This document shows, piece by piece, positions 9,672 through 20,527 of a stretch of 64,000 nucleotides of DNA (position 1 is the stretch's first letter; every line of letters starts with the position of its first letter). Under the pieces are notes generated by a model. The model had not been told where the DNA came from. It saw nothing but the letters and a program-made list of their open reading frames with translations, and did not search any database. Location: the NCBI GenBank assembly GCA_965205015.1, contig OZ242029.1:2368001-2432000 (forward strand), read 5' to 3'. Both the position numbers and the translations under genes were made by a program. Origin of the DNA: Candidatus Poribacteria bacterium. Its GTDB lineage: Bacteria; Poribacteria; WGA-4E; WGA-3G.

Positions 9672-11791
9672 ATGCCAAGACTCACCGAACAGGAACAACA
9701 AGAAATTATTCGCTTCATTGAGGCAGACAAACCGCTGCCCGACAAATACCGCTTTTTGCTGTTTGAAGACAAACGCGAGGTCGAACTCGTCTGGAACGGC
9801 AAAACCAACGAAGTCTGCAACATCGTCCTACCTTTTCAAACAATCGAACAGGTAGACGAACCGCGCGCCGAAAAACTGACCGAAGACAACCTGCAAACTC
9901 TGCTTTTTGACACCCGCGGACGCCAACGAAAGGGTTGGACCAACAAACTCATCTGGGGTGACAACAAACTGGTTTTGTCATCGCTCAAGAACGGACCCCT
10001 GCGCGAGGAGATTGAGGCACAAGGCGGGCTCAAACTCATCTATATTGACCCACCCTTTGACGTGGGGCGGATTTTTCCATGGATATCGAAATTGGTGAGG
10101 TGACCTTTACCAAAGATCCAAATATTCTTGAGGAGATAGCCTACCGCGATACTTGGGGACAAGGTGCGGATTCTTTCCTTACTATGATCTATGAACGGTT
10201 AGTGCTAATGCGAGATTTGCTAACAGAAGATGGCAGTATCTATGTACATTGTGATTGGCGGGTTAATAATTATATCAGGTCGGTGTTAGATGAGATTTTT
10301 GGGAATTTTCGTGACGAAATTATATGGTTCTATCCAAACTCTGGATTAAAGGCAAAATCAAAAAAATTCCATCAAGTTCATGATGTGCTTTTTCATTTCA
10401 CTAAAAGTAATAATTTTATTTGGAACGAGCAGCGCGAGCCGTTTGATGATGGTAAAGTTAAGCGACAACCTATGCGAAAATTTAATTCTACCACTAAAAA
10501 AGCGGATGTTGTACGAAATCACGATGGCAAGATTCTGTATGTTGAAGTAGTTGATAAACTTGTAAATAGTGTTTGGCGAATTCCTATGTTGAATATTGGA
10601 GGTGAGATTGTCGGTTACCCTACTCAAAAACCCGAAGCCCTCCTTGAGCGCATCATCAAAGCGTCCTCTAATGAAGGCGACCTCGTTGCTGATCTCTTCT
10701 GCGGTTCCGGTACCACTGCTGCCGTTGCTGAAAAACTGGGGCGCAAGTGGATTGCTACAGACCTCGGTAAATTCGCCATTCATACCACACGTAAGCGGAT
10801 GATTGGTGTTCAGCGTCAACTCAAAACGGACGGTAAAAACTATCGCGCTTTTGAAATTCTCAATCTCGGCAAATACGAACGGCAGCATTACCTTGGTGTC
10901 AATCCAAATCTACGTGAAGTTGAACAACAGAAACAATCGGCAGAGAAGGAAAAGGAATTCATTGATCTCATCCTACGCGCTTACGCTGCCGAGAAAACAG
11001 ACGGTTTCACCAATTTTCAGGGTAAAAAAGCGGGACGGCTTGTCGCAATCGGTCCTGTCAATCTACCGGTGACGCGGCTGTTCGTAGAAGAAATTATCCT
11101 TGAGTGCCGCAAGCATCAGATTACGCGGGTAGACGTTCTCGGTTTTGAATTCGAGATGGGGTTATTTCCTAACGTTTTGGACGAAGCGAAAAGCAAAGGC
11201 ATAGACATCGCACCGAAATTCATTCCCGCCGAAGTGTTCGACAAACGCGCAATAGAGCAAGGTCAGGTGGTGTTTCACGACATGGCGTTTATTGAGGTCA
11301 AACCCCATATCACCACTGGGGAGAAAGACAAACCCGCAATCGTAACGGTAGAGCTAACCGATTTTTCTGTCTTTTACTCACAAGACTCTATCTCCAACGC
11401 TGAGCAGACCCTCAAAAACAGGGGCAGTCGCATCGTGGTAGAAAAAGGGCAAGTCGTGAAAGTGAGTAAAGATGCTGATGGGATTGTCAGTCGTGAGGTG
11501 CTAACCAAGCACTGGACGGACTGGATCGACTACTGGTCGGTTGATTTCGACTTTGAGAGCAAACACGAGATTATCCGTATGCAAGATTCAAAAACAGGCG
11601 AGTGGGAAGAACAGTGGACAGGCGACTATGTCTTTGAAAACGAGTGGCAGAGTTTCCGTACCAAAAAGGACCGCTCCTTAGAATTGACCAGCGTTGCCCA
11701 CGAATGCGAACCCGGTCGCCGCAAAATCGCCGTCAAAGTGGTAGATATTTTTGGCAATGATACAATGACGATTGTGGAGGTTTCAGTGTGA
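9672..11791 (+). pseudogene. mod: Type III-like Mod DNA methyltransferase, split by a 1-nt frameshift at G-run 10064-10067
   Basis: ORF 9672-10103 carries IYIDPPF; ORF 10079-11791 carries YPTQKPE and DLFCGSGTT; adding one G restores [17 protein letters not shown]. Confidence 0.88.
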
Positions 11792-13329
11792 GAATCAGAT
11801 CCATATACTTGAAAGATTTTAAACGATTTGTGGACTTAACAATTGAAGACATCCCCAACACAGCACGACTGGTTATTTTAGTTGGTCCCAGTGGTAGCGG
11901 GAAATCATCTCTATTTGAAGCTATTAATGTTTGGGGGAAAGACTATAGTTATAGCCATTATGATCCTGAATACTATAAGAGAGATGTACAACCGACAAAT
12001 TTTCAGGCCAGGGAAGTTTTCCATAATCTTGGTGTAACTATTGAAGCTGATGATCTGCCTGCAAATTTAGGTGCGGCTTGTTATATTCGTTCAGCATATA
12101 GACATACTCCAAAATTCAGTATTTCTTCCATGACAAGAATTGATGAAACTGAATATTGGCGACATCAAGGACAACGGAATTTCTCCACACCCGATGATGA
12201 AGTACAAAAAAATTATCAGAGGGTATACGGACAAATGATGAAAGAAATTTTTAACCCTAAAGTCCTCACTAATGTGAATATTAGAGAAGAAGTTATTGGT
12301 TTAGTTCGTGATTCCTTACAATCAATCTTTCCTGACTTGCGCTTGCATTCACTCGAAGACCCTGAAGGTAGAGGCACTTTCTATTTTGAGAAAGGAGCGG
12401 CAAAAAAATATAACTTTGTAAATCTATCAGGCGGTGAGAAAGCAGCTTTTGACCTACTCCTTGACTTTATCATTCGGAGCGAATATTACTCAAATGCGGC
12501 AATGTGTATTGATGAACCAGAAGGGCATATGGGCTTAAGTGCGCAGGGAAAATTGCTTGAGGTGTTGTATGATTTGATTCCTGAGCAGTCCCAACTTTGG
12601 CTTGGAACACACTCCATTGGAATTCTACGAGCATCAAAAAAAATCTTAGAAGAAAACCCGGGGGAAGTAGTTTTTTTGGATTTTTCCGGACACGATTTTG
12701 ACCAAAAAGTCGAGATAAAGCCCATTACCAAACCTGACCGTGAACTTTGGCAGAAGCTTCACCAAAATGTTTTAGAGGATCTATCTGGTTTACTGGCACC
12801 AGAAAAAATCATTGTTTGTGAATCTGATCCAAATAGTGCAGCTTTTGATGCCCGTTGCTACAATAAAATTTTCGCTAAAAATTACCCCGATGCTTTGTTT
12901 GTTTCAGCCGGGGGCAAATCGGAATTAAATAAAATCATTCCTGTACTTCAGGATATCATACAAAAAGCAGAAATCTTCGTTGTACGAGATCGGGATAATT
13001 TGCTTCCTGAAAAGCGCAAGGAGCTTATTGAACAAGGTACCCGTGTTTTAACTCGCCGCCGTATAGAAGATTATCTTATTGATGACGAAGTGCTGGAGAA
13101 GTTCGCTAATGAGAATGGCTTAGATGTGTGCCAATTGCAAGAATTAAAAGACATTAATGGAGACGATAGTAAGGCGAGGAGCGGACAAATATATCAAAAA
13201 ATTAGTAAGGGATACGGATTGATCATTGGGGACGATAGAGAGGAATTTCTGTCTGATGTGCTTGCTCCATTGTTTAGTGAAGATATGACTGTTTATCAAG
13301 AGTTGGAAAATGATATCTTTGGTCCCTAG
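11788..13329 (+). CDS. OLD-like ABC ATPase with C-terminal TOPRIM-like nuclease domain
   Basis: [23 protein letters not shown]; C-terminal IVCE..D, RDRD, IEDYL; GTGA overlap with mod stop. Confidence 0.8.
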   Translation: MRIRSIYLKDFKRFVDLTIEDIPNTARLVILVGPSGSGKSSLFEAINVWGKDYSYSHYDPEYYKRDVQPTNFQAREVFHNLGVTIEADDLPANLGAACYIRSAYRHTPKFSISSMTRIDETEYWRHQGQRNFSTPDDEVQKNYQRVYGQMMKEIFNPKVLTNVNIREEVIGLVRDSLQSIFPDLRLHSLEDPEGRGTFYFEKGAAKKYNFVNLSGGEKAAFDLLLDFIIRSEYYSNAAMCIDEPEGHMGLSAQGKLLEVLYDLIPEQSQLWLGTHSIGILRASKKILEENPGEVVFLDFSGHDFDQKVEIKPITKPDRELWQKLHQNVLEDLSGLLAPEKIIVCESDPNSAAFDARCYNKIFAKNYPDALFVSAGGKSELNKIIPVLQDIIQKAEIFVVRDRDNLLPEKRKELIEQGTRVLTRRRIEDYLIDDEVLEKFANENGLDVCQLQELKDINGDDSKARSGQIYQKISKGYGLIIGDDREEFLSDVLAPLFSEDMTVYQELENDIFGP

Positions 13330-13440
13330 CGCAAAAAAATCGCAATGACATAGGGCGAAAGATACATCAAATAATAGATACATCCCTTTACAGACCTACT
13401 TCTGTTCCAAACGCAAAAGACATCTTTTAAGGAGATACCC

Positions 13441-13830
13441 GTGTCAGAAAATATTAGAATATCCATGTTTGAAGTCGTCGGGAGTCCTTTTTGCGTTGCC
13501 TCCGATGATGGGCAGAAGGTTCATAAACACCTGGATGCTGCTCTCAGAGCGAATCAAGAGGTCGTCCTCTCATTTCACAATGTCACAGCACTAACAGGTG
13601 CTTTTCTGAACGCCGCTGTAGGTCAGTTATATGGCACATTCAGTGAGGAAAAGATCCGTTCTCTGTTGAAAGTAGAGGATGCTGAGCAAGACGATGTGGC
13701 ACTGTTGAAGAGTGTTGTTAACAACGCAAAGTTGTACTTTAAGGATCCAGAGAGATTCAACCAAGCAGTTAGAGAAGTCATGGGCGATGATGACGATGAC
13801 ATAACAACAATTGTAGAGGTATCTGTATGA
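13441..13830 (+). CDS. STAS-like DUF4325 protein with a mod-derived C-terminal tail
   Basis: ASDDGQKV, LSFHNV, AFLNAAVGQLYG; ends TIVEVSV exactly as Mod does. Confidence 0.8.
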   Translation: MSENIRISMFEVVGSPFCVASDDGQKVHKHLDAALRANQEVVLSFHNVTALTGAFLNAAVGQLYGTFSEEKIRSLLKVEDAEQDDVALLKSVVNNAKLYFKDPERFNQAVREVMGDDDDDITTIVEVSV

Positions 13831-15218
13831 GTCTCACAGTCCACTTGAAAAACATTGGCATCCTAAAACAAGCAGAATTTTCGCTGGGGGACTTGACGCT
13901 TATTTGTGGTGAGAATAATACTGGTAAAACGTATATTGCTTATACACTGTATGGTTTCTTAAAGTCTTGGTCTAATGCTGGCTATATTTCGATTAGTGAG
14001 GATCAGATTCGTACCCTGCTTACGCATGGTGCTCTTAAAATTGAGTTAACACAATATGTCGAACAGGCAAATCAGGTACTTATGGCGGCATGTGAGAGGT
14101 ACCCTAATCAATTGGATGAGATATTTGCAGCACATGAGGGTACTTTTCATAACAGCAAATTCCACATTGATGTAGGCGAAAATAACGTACATAACAAAAA
14201 AATCAATGAAAAAATCATGACCGCGTATGAGGAGAATTTTAACTATTCAAAACACGAAGATAGTGAAATCCTAACAGTTAAGATAGAGATAGAAAAAGAT
14301 CGAAAAAAAATTGATCCGCATTTCGCGAGAATGCTCGTTGAACTTATTATTCTTAGGGCTTTTTTTTCGGATTATCTTCCTCGACCTTTTATCTGCTCAG
14401 TTGAACGAACGGGTACGGCTATTTTTCGCAGGGAACTCAATTTTGCTCGCAACCGACTACTTGAGGAAATGAGACGAGCGGATCAAAAAATTGATCCACG
14501 AGAATTGCTATTGAAGTCGTACCAAAGTTATCCTTCGCCGGTAGAAGATAACGTAGACTTTACACGTCAACTTGAAGATATTGCTAAAAGCAAAAGTTTC
14601 ATCGCTAAAGAACATCCTGAAATCTTAGAAGACTTTGCAGATATTGTCGGAGGCGAATATACTGTTACACAAAATGACCAACTCTACTATATCCCTAAAG
14701 GCACACAGCTCAAATTGACGATGGTGGAAAGCTCAAGTACTGCCCGCTCCCTCTTAGACCTCAGTTTTTATCTCAATTGTATTGCCAAAAAAGGGGACCT
14801 ACTGATGATAGACGAACCCGAATTGAGTCTCCATCCAGAAAATCAACGTCGTATCGCTAGACTCTTTGCACGACTCGTAAATTTAGGTGTCAAAGTTTTC
14901 ATCACTACCCACAGCGATTACATCATCAAGGAATTGAATACGCTCATAATGCTCAACCACGACAAGCCGCACCTGAAAAGAGTTGCTGAAGAAAATGGCT
15001 ATCAGGATAACGAGTTGATCAAAGCGGATCAGGTCAAAGTGTATATCGCGGAAAAAGCATTGCTGCCGTTAGAGGAGGGACAAAAGAGACGTAAAAGGGA
15101 GCACACACTCGTCCCAGCTGACATCGATCCCGAGTTCGGCATTGAAGTCGGCAGTTTTGACAAGACAATTGATACTATGAATAAGATTCAGCGGGACATC
15201 GTGTGGGGAGCAAAGTAA
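13827..15218 (+). CDS. ABC/AAA_21-type ATPase, putative defence component
   Basis: GENNTGKT, MIDEPELSLHP, ITTHSDY. Confidence 0.85.
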   Translation: MSLTVHLKNIGILKQAEFSLGDLTLICGENNTGKTYIAYTLYGFLKSWSNAGYISISEDQIRTLLTHGALKIELTQYVEQANQVLMAACERYPNQLDEIFAAHEGTFHNSKFHIDVGENNVHNKKINEKIMTAYEENFNYSKHEDSEILTVKIEIEKDRKKIDPHFARMLVELIILRAFFSDYLPRPFICSVERTGTAIFRRELNFARNRLLEEMRRADQKIDPRELLLKSYQSYPSPVEDNVDFTRQLEDIAKSKSFIAKEHPEILEDFADIVGGEYTVTQNDQLYYIPKGTQLKLTMVESSSTARSLLDLSFYLNCIAKKGDLLMIDEPELSLHPENQRRIARLFARLVNLGVKVFITTHSDYIIKELNTLIMLNHDKPHLKRVAEENGYQDNELIKADQVKVYIAEKALLPLEEGQKRRKREHTLVPADIDPEFGIEVGSFDKTIDTMNKIQRDIVWGAK

Positions 15219-15781
15219 GATTGGTGAATGATATTATCATATTGCAAGAAATGCTCAGTACTGGTGCTCAAGTTCCTTTACAACAAACAGCAGGAAAGTG
15301 TTTCGTCACACTGAGAGATAAGCAAGCAAAGACAGCCGTAGAGATCACAGATCTTCCCCATAATTCAATTGTTATAAAAGCGGAAGTTTTTAAACCACCT
15401 AATGTTTTTAAGGGCTCAAAGGGTGAACGCAGACGAGCTGATTTCGTCATTGTGTCCCATGCAGCGACGGAAAAGTGGATTATCTGTATTGAAACTCAAG
15501 CAGGAACAGGTAAAGATCCAGAAGACGTTGAACAACAATTGAGAGGCGCGCAATGCTTTATCGGCTACTGTAAATGTATAGGAAAATCCTTCTGGAAATC
15601 GGCAGGATTTCTTGACGACTATCAGTACCGATTTGTAAGCATTTCAGGCATCAATATCAACAAACAAAGCACACGTTTCTACAAGCCAAGAAACCAATCG
15701 AGACAAAGGTTGCACAATACCCCCGAGGCTTTTCTGGAGTTTTTGGGGTATCAAAGTCTCTATTTCAATGAGTTGACCTGA
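15203..15781 (+). CDS. Putative PD-(D/E)xK-like nuclease partner of the ATPase (start may be GTG 15224)
   Basis: RRADFVIV..ICIETQ..QQL; adjacent to or overlapping the ATPase stop. Confidence 0.6.
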   Translation: MGSKVRLVNDIIILQEMLSTGAQVPLQQTAGKCFVTLRDKQAKTAVEITDLPHNSIVIKAEVFKPPNVFKGSKGERRRADFVIVSHAATEKWIICIETQAGTGKDPEDVEQQLRGAQCFIGYCKCIGKSFWKSAGFLDDYQYRFVSISGININKQSTRFYKPRNQSRQRLHNTPEAFLEFLGYQSLYFNELT

Positions 15782-15842
15782 GGACAAATTCTAATAAGAG
15801 ACTTTTACCTCCGCCTCTCAGGAGAATACAGGAGAAAAAGTA

Positions 15843-16718
15843 ATGACATACACAAACAAAGCAGCAATTGATATGGACTGGTATCCGCTCCCTGATGAAG
15901 AGATACGCCATTTTGACGACACAGGCTATCTCATCGTCCGGAATGTGCTGGATTCGGATACGCTTGGGGAACTCATTGAAGTCAGTGATCAACTCATGGC
16001 GAGTGATCGGATCGAGAATCGCCAACATAGCTCTAACAACTTATACGACAGTTTCCGAAATTGTATCTCCATTGACGATGCCTTCATTCCGCTACTCGCG
16101 CAGAAAACCATCCTACCTGTTGTGGTGCAACTTCTTGGTGCAGATTTGCAACTGATGACCTCACACCTGATATACAAACATCCGGATCCGCCAGGAACAC
16201 CCGATACCACACGCGCGCCGGGTTGGCACCGCGACTACGCTATCGCAACAAGAACACACGGTAACAAACTACCACGCATTTTACTAAAATGCGCCTACTA
16301 CTTTACCGATTTGAGTGAACCCAATTCCGGTGCGACACTTGTCGCTCCCGGTAGCAACCATCTCCTTGAACGGATCAGAATTCCAGAGGGACAGGCAGAT
16401 CCAGAAGGGGCACTCGAACCGAGCCTGCAACCCGGCGATTGCCTACTATTTGAGAATCGGATCTTTCATGCCGGGGCAACAAACCTAACTGCCCAGACCC
16501 GCAAAGCTGTGATGTTTGGCTACGGTTACCGTTGGGTGATGCCGATGGATTATCGGACACAGGAACAGACTTTGTTGGATAAGTTGTCACCACTGGAGCA
16601 GTATCTGGTGGGTGAACCCTTTAAAAAGACGAAAGAATATCATCCGGGTGGCGGTGAAAACCCACTCGTTCCATGGTGTGAGCAGCACGGCGCGCCAGCG
16701 GTGAGGCCCGTCGATTAA
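15843..16718 (+). CDS. Phytanoyl-CoA dioxygenase (PhyH) family protein
   Basis: WHRD, PGSNH, GDCLLFENRIFHAG. Confidence 0.9.
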   Translation: MTYTNKAAIDMDWYPLPDEEIRHFDDTGYLIVRNVLDSDTLGELIEVSDQLMASDRIENRQHSSNNLYDSFRNCISIDDAFIPLLAQKTILPVVVQLLGADLQLMTSHLIYKHPDPPGTPDTTRAPGWHRDYAIATRTHGNKLPRILLKCAYYFTDLSEPNSGATLVAPGSNHLLERIRIPEGQADPEGALEPSLQPGDCLLFENRIFHAGATNLTAQTRKAVMFGYGYRWVMPMDYRTQEQTLLDKLSPLEQYLVGEPFKKTKEYHPGGGENPLVPWCEQHGAPAVRPVD

Positions 16719-16771
16719 CGCATTTGGGATAGGGATTGTAACCCCAATGGGGGAGAGGTTTGTAATCCCGA

Positions 16772-17581
16772 TTACGTTAAGGTAATAACGTCCTTTTTAA
16801 CGATCTCTTTCGTGTCATAGTGACCCGCTTGGGAGATGAGTTCCAGCGTTTCCGGGGACAATCGTGTTCTAACCTCTGGCGGCACCCGACTCTCACCGCG
16901 ATGCTGCGGTCTGTAGCGTAAGGTTAAGACGCAACGATAGCGGTCTTTCGGTTTCCACGGCAGCGCACCGTGCGTCAAGAGTTCAGAGATAATCACGAAA
17001 TCCCCTGCCTTTGGCGTGATGTTAACGACCCCTTCTGGAATATCATCGGCATCCTTAATTTTTCCGTTGTTGTAGAGGTGTTCAGGACGATCGAAAAGGG
17101 TCTTGTGTGTGCCGGGGACGACCAACAGTCCACCATCTCCGGGATGCACATCGTAGAGGTAGGGAAAAACGACAAAATCGTCACAAAAGATTCGACCGTT
17201 TCGGACCTCATAACGGTTGCAGTGCCATCCGAAATCTTCTCGCGCACAATGCAAGCGGAGTCCTTCTTCCGATTCCGACGCACCCGCCCGATCCGCTATC
17301 ATAGTTCCACGCATCAGTTGCGGTTTGTTATTCGTCAGTTCTTTGATGATGGGCCATGTTGATCGGTGCATTGTGAGGGCTTCTAAGGGTTTCGCAAAGG
17401 CAAAGCCGTTTGGAAGGTTTTTTTCGCTGGAATTAAATCCGGGTGGAAGCTTCTCGGTAGGGGTATTGATGTATTCATTTGCTGCTGCTTGTGCCGCTTT
17501 CAGTTCTGCGTCGGTCATGACATTCTTCAGGTGAAGGTATCCCGTAACATCGAAAAGATACCGTTGTTCAGGGGTCATCAT
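16772..17581 (-). CDS. PhyH family dioxygenase
   Basis: YLFDVTGYL, PGTHK, GDFVII..LTHG. Confidence 0.85.
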   Translation of the reverse strand: MMTPEQRYLFDVTGYLHLKNVMTDAELKAAQAAANEYINTPTEKLPPGFNSSEKNLPNGFAFAKPLEALTMHRSTWPIIKELTNNKPQLMRGTMIADRAGASESEEGLRLHCAREDFGWHCNRYEVRNGRIFCDDFVVFPYLYDVHPGDGGLLVVPGTHKTLFDRPEHLYNNGKIKDADDIPEGVVNITPKAGDFVIISELLTHGALPWKPKDRYRCVLTLRYRPQHRGESRVPPEVRTRLSPETLELISQAGHYDTKEIVKKDVITLT

Positions 17582-17644
17582 AGTATTTTACTCCTTGCCA
17601 TACAAATAGAACTTATGCAAAACTCATTTCTTTGCTGACGCGAG

Positions 17645-17730
17645 TGGAAGACGCTTGATTGGAAGGTTGGAAGATTGGGATCCCCATCCTTCCATTCTTC
17701 CATTCCCGATCCATCCTTCCGTCCTTCATC
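17645..17730. repeat. Short ggaag/cttcc inverted repeat cluster between co-oriented genes
   Basis: ggaaggttggaagattggga ... tcttccattcttccattcc. Confidence 0.5.
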
Positions 17731-18995
17731 TAAGCCGGTGCTTCCCACACGGGCCATTCACTGTCCTGTAACTGCTTGAAAAGTTTGTCAAAGGCTTCAC
17801 TACCGTCATCTTCCCATTCATCCAAACGCACACCGGGGGCATAAGATTCGTCCACGCCCTGCTTCATGAGGCGTTCGGCTTGTTGTAGGTTTCGGTAGTA
17901 ATGCTTTATGCCACCGGGTAAGGTGACAACAGAGATGTGTCGTTTCCATGTGGGTTCAGGTGTTTGGGAATACCGTTTCACAGCAGCTTCATCTAATGCC
18001 ACACCGAGACCGGGACCCTCTGGCACCTGCATAAATCCGCGCTGAACTTTGTGCGGTGCAACAATTAAGTCGCTTTCATAAGCGTGGCTTGCAGTGACAC
18101 CGGGTATGGTGGCTGTCGGAATCACAGCGCCCAGATGGCACGCAAATGCCGCCGTAATGCCAGTACCGACATACTGGAGCAGGATCGGTGTATTCGCGGC
18201 AGCGAAAGCCCACCCCGATGCCAGCGCGCTTTTGACACTTTCATGGCTACACAGCGCACCGTCAAAATCGCCTTCCCGAAGTCCAATCCACGGACCTGAA
18301 GGTTGACGCGAGGCACCCTCCCGGATAACGCCAACACCGTGCAGATAAAATGGAATCCGAATCTCTTGATGCAGCCGTCGCCAGCCCTCCACGTCATAAG
18401 CGAAAATCGGTTCTTCGAGACCCTTGACAACTGGAATTTTCTCCAATTCCCGTAGGATGGGGAGTGCTTTCTCAACGTTGATTAACGAGCCATTGAAATC
18501 GAACTCCACCCGAAAGTCGGGAGGCGCGACGTCTTGAATTGCCTGCGACTGCTCGACAACATCGTAGAAGGCACGCGCCTTACACTTCAAGCCGCGATAC
18601 CCACGTCCAGCAGCGACTTGAACCTCAGCGGCGGTGTCTTCAGGCGACATACACGGCATCCACCACCCCATCGCAACCCACTCCCGAACCTGTTGACCCA
18701 TCAATTTCCATGCTGGCAGACCGAGATGTTTGCCCATCAGGTCGTAGCACGCCATGTCGAGATTAAAACGTCCTTCACCCATGACGTGGTCGAACGGATT
18801 CGTGCCGAGATAGGTGTCCAGGACCTCCTGATCAAACGGCGGTCCCGGGTTCTCTCCGAGACCGACAAGACCCGTATCGGTATAAAATTTATAGACCGTG
18901 ACCAACTCCGTCATCGCGAAGTGGTAATATTTCTTGCGAATCCGTTCCTCATAAGGTACACGTAATGGAATAGATTCAATCTCGGTAATCTTCAT
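17730..18995 (-). CDS. Mandelate racemase/muconate lactonising enolase-superfamily protein
   Basis: Likely start MKITEIESIPL; GLVGLGE, YDLMGK, KCK, DFN, EEP. Confidence 0.85.
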   Translation of the reverse strand: MKITEIESIPLRVPYEERIRKKYYHFAMTELVTVYKFYTDTGLVGLGENPGPPFDQEVLDTYLGTNPFDHVMGEGRFNLDMACYDLMGKHLGLPAWKLMGQQVREWVAMGWWMPCMSPEDTAAEVQVAAGRGYRGLKCKARAFYDVVEQSQAIQDVAPPDFRVEFDFNGSLINVEKALPILRELEKIPVVKGLEEPIFAYDVEGWRRLHQEIRIPFYLHGVGVIREGASRQPSGPWIGLREGDFDGALCSHESVKSALASGWAFAAANTPILLQYVGTGITAAFACHLGAVIPTATIPGVTASHAYESDLIVAPHKVQRGFMQVPEGPGLGVALDEAAVKRYSQTPEPTWKRHISVVTLPGGIKHYYRNLQQAERLMKQGVDESYAPGVRLDEWEDDGSEAFDKLFKQLQDSEWPVWEAPA

Positions 18996-19180
18996 CGAAA
19001 AAATTAGGCACGGAACCCGCGAATTGCCTATCTCCTTGTATCCATGTGTTTTTTCCATATTTCCGGGTATTTTACCAAAGTCCCTGAAAACAGTCAAACC
19101 TAAAATGCTAAAATTGGTTCACTCCGTTCTCATAGGACGCGTACATCTTTCCTGTGCTCCAAGCGTAGAATAGCGCGTTG

Positions 19181-20527
19181 CAGGGGTATTCAGTTTTCGG
19201 TTTTTTCGTAATATTTTTCACATCTGTTAATATTATAAAATAAACAGATACAGCGTGACTTTTCCCGCTGTATCTGCTATACTTCACCGTAAAAAACCAT
19301 CACATTTTTTGAGGTGAATCATGACAAGAAGTTCCTCTTGCCACTTACTTGACATATTAGCAGAAGTTCCGGATCCACGCCATAAAAAAGGGAAACGCTA
19401 CAACTTGGGGTCTATCCTTGCGCTGCTCGTCATCGGTGTAATGTCGAATCATAAAGGGTATACGTCTATAGCGACTTGGGCACGGCATCAAGGGGCCCTG
19501 GCAAAAGCGTTAGGTTTCAAATCAGAGAAGACCCCGTGTGCTGGAACGCTTCATAATCTTTTGAAGCGTCTTGACGTCGTGAGTCTCGAAGCCTTACTCA
19601 CGAAATGGGTGTTTTCAAAACTTGAAAGTCTTCAAGTTTTGAAAACACAGGATTTACAAGGGGTGGCGATAGATGGCAAAGAGTTATGTGGCTCCAAAGA
19701 CCCAGAAACCCGATACCGCACACATTTACTCTCCGCTGTCTCTCATGAGTTAGGGATTACCCTTACACAGCGGGCTGTCAGTGGAAAAACAAATGAGATC
19801 CCCATCTCAACGCAACTTCTGAAAACCTTTGATGTCACCGGGAAAGTCATAACAACAGATGCACTTTTGACCCAAAGAACCTTTTGTAAAGAGGTTCTCA
19901 AATATCACGCAAACTATGCAATGCCCGTCAAAGAGAATCACAAACAGATGTATCACGACATTCGCGAACTCTTTGAACCGCTTTCGGAGACAGACACACC
20001 ACACGTCCAAGCACGACGGTTTCAGAACCTACACACCGAGGCAGACGCACACCTTGATACCCACACAGACGTTGAAACATCACACGGGTTTATCACCACA
20101 CGCACGCTAACAGCAAGCACACTCTTGACGGATTATATCAACTGGCCAGGACTCGCACAAGTGTATCAATACCAATCCAAGCGGGAGAATACCAAAACAG
20201 GCGAGACTACCTACCAGACGCAGTATGGCATCACGAGTCTTACACCACAAGACGCATCCGCAGAAACTTTGCTCAAACTCCGACGCCAACACTGGACGAT
20301 AGAAAACAAAGTCCATTGGGTGCGAGATGTCGTCCTCGGGGAGGACGCTTCACAAGCAAGAACAGGGAGACTCCCACAAGTCATGGCTGCCCTACGCAAC
20401 ACTGCCCTGGCTCTCTTACGCTTTGACGGACACACAAAAATTGCGGAAACACTGCGATTTTTCGCTGCAAAACCTAAACTCGCAGTTAAACTCATACAGT
20501 GACAAAACTTAAAACTAAATACCCCTG
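19181..20527 (+). mobile_element. Complete ISAs1-family insertion sequence
   Basis: Terminal IRs caggggtatt(c/t)agtttt; perfect 10-bp target duplication tagcgcgttg at 19171-19180 and 20528-20537. Confidence 0.95.
19321..20502 (+). CDS. ISAs1-family DDE transposase
   Basis: VPDPR, AIDGK, KTNEI, TDAL, HWTIENKVHWVRDV. Confidence 0.95.
   Translation: MTRSSSCHLLDILAEVPDPRHKKGKRYNLGSILALLVIGVMSNHKGYTSIATWARHQGALAKALGFKSEKTPCAGTLHNLLKRLDVVSLEALLTKWVFSKLESLQVLKTQDLQGVAIDGKELCGSKDPETRYRTHLLSAVSHELGITLTQRAVSGKTNEIPISTQLLKTFDVTGKVITTDALLTQRTFCKEVLKYHANYAMPVKENHKQMYHDIRELFEPLSETDTPHVQARRFQNLHTEADAHLDTHTDVETSHGFITTRTLTASTLLTDYINWPGLAQVYQYQSKRENTKTGETTYQTQYGITSLTPQDASAETLLKLRRQHWTIENKVHWVRDVVLGEDASQARTGRLPQVMAALRNTALALLRFDGHTKIAETLRFFAAKPKLAVKLIQ

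Noticed and set aside
10064-10067. Classical SSR phasevarion tract
   Set aside because: A 4-5 G run is far shorter than typical phase-variable tracts; kept only as an unresolved frameshift
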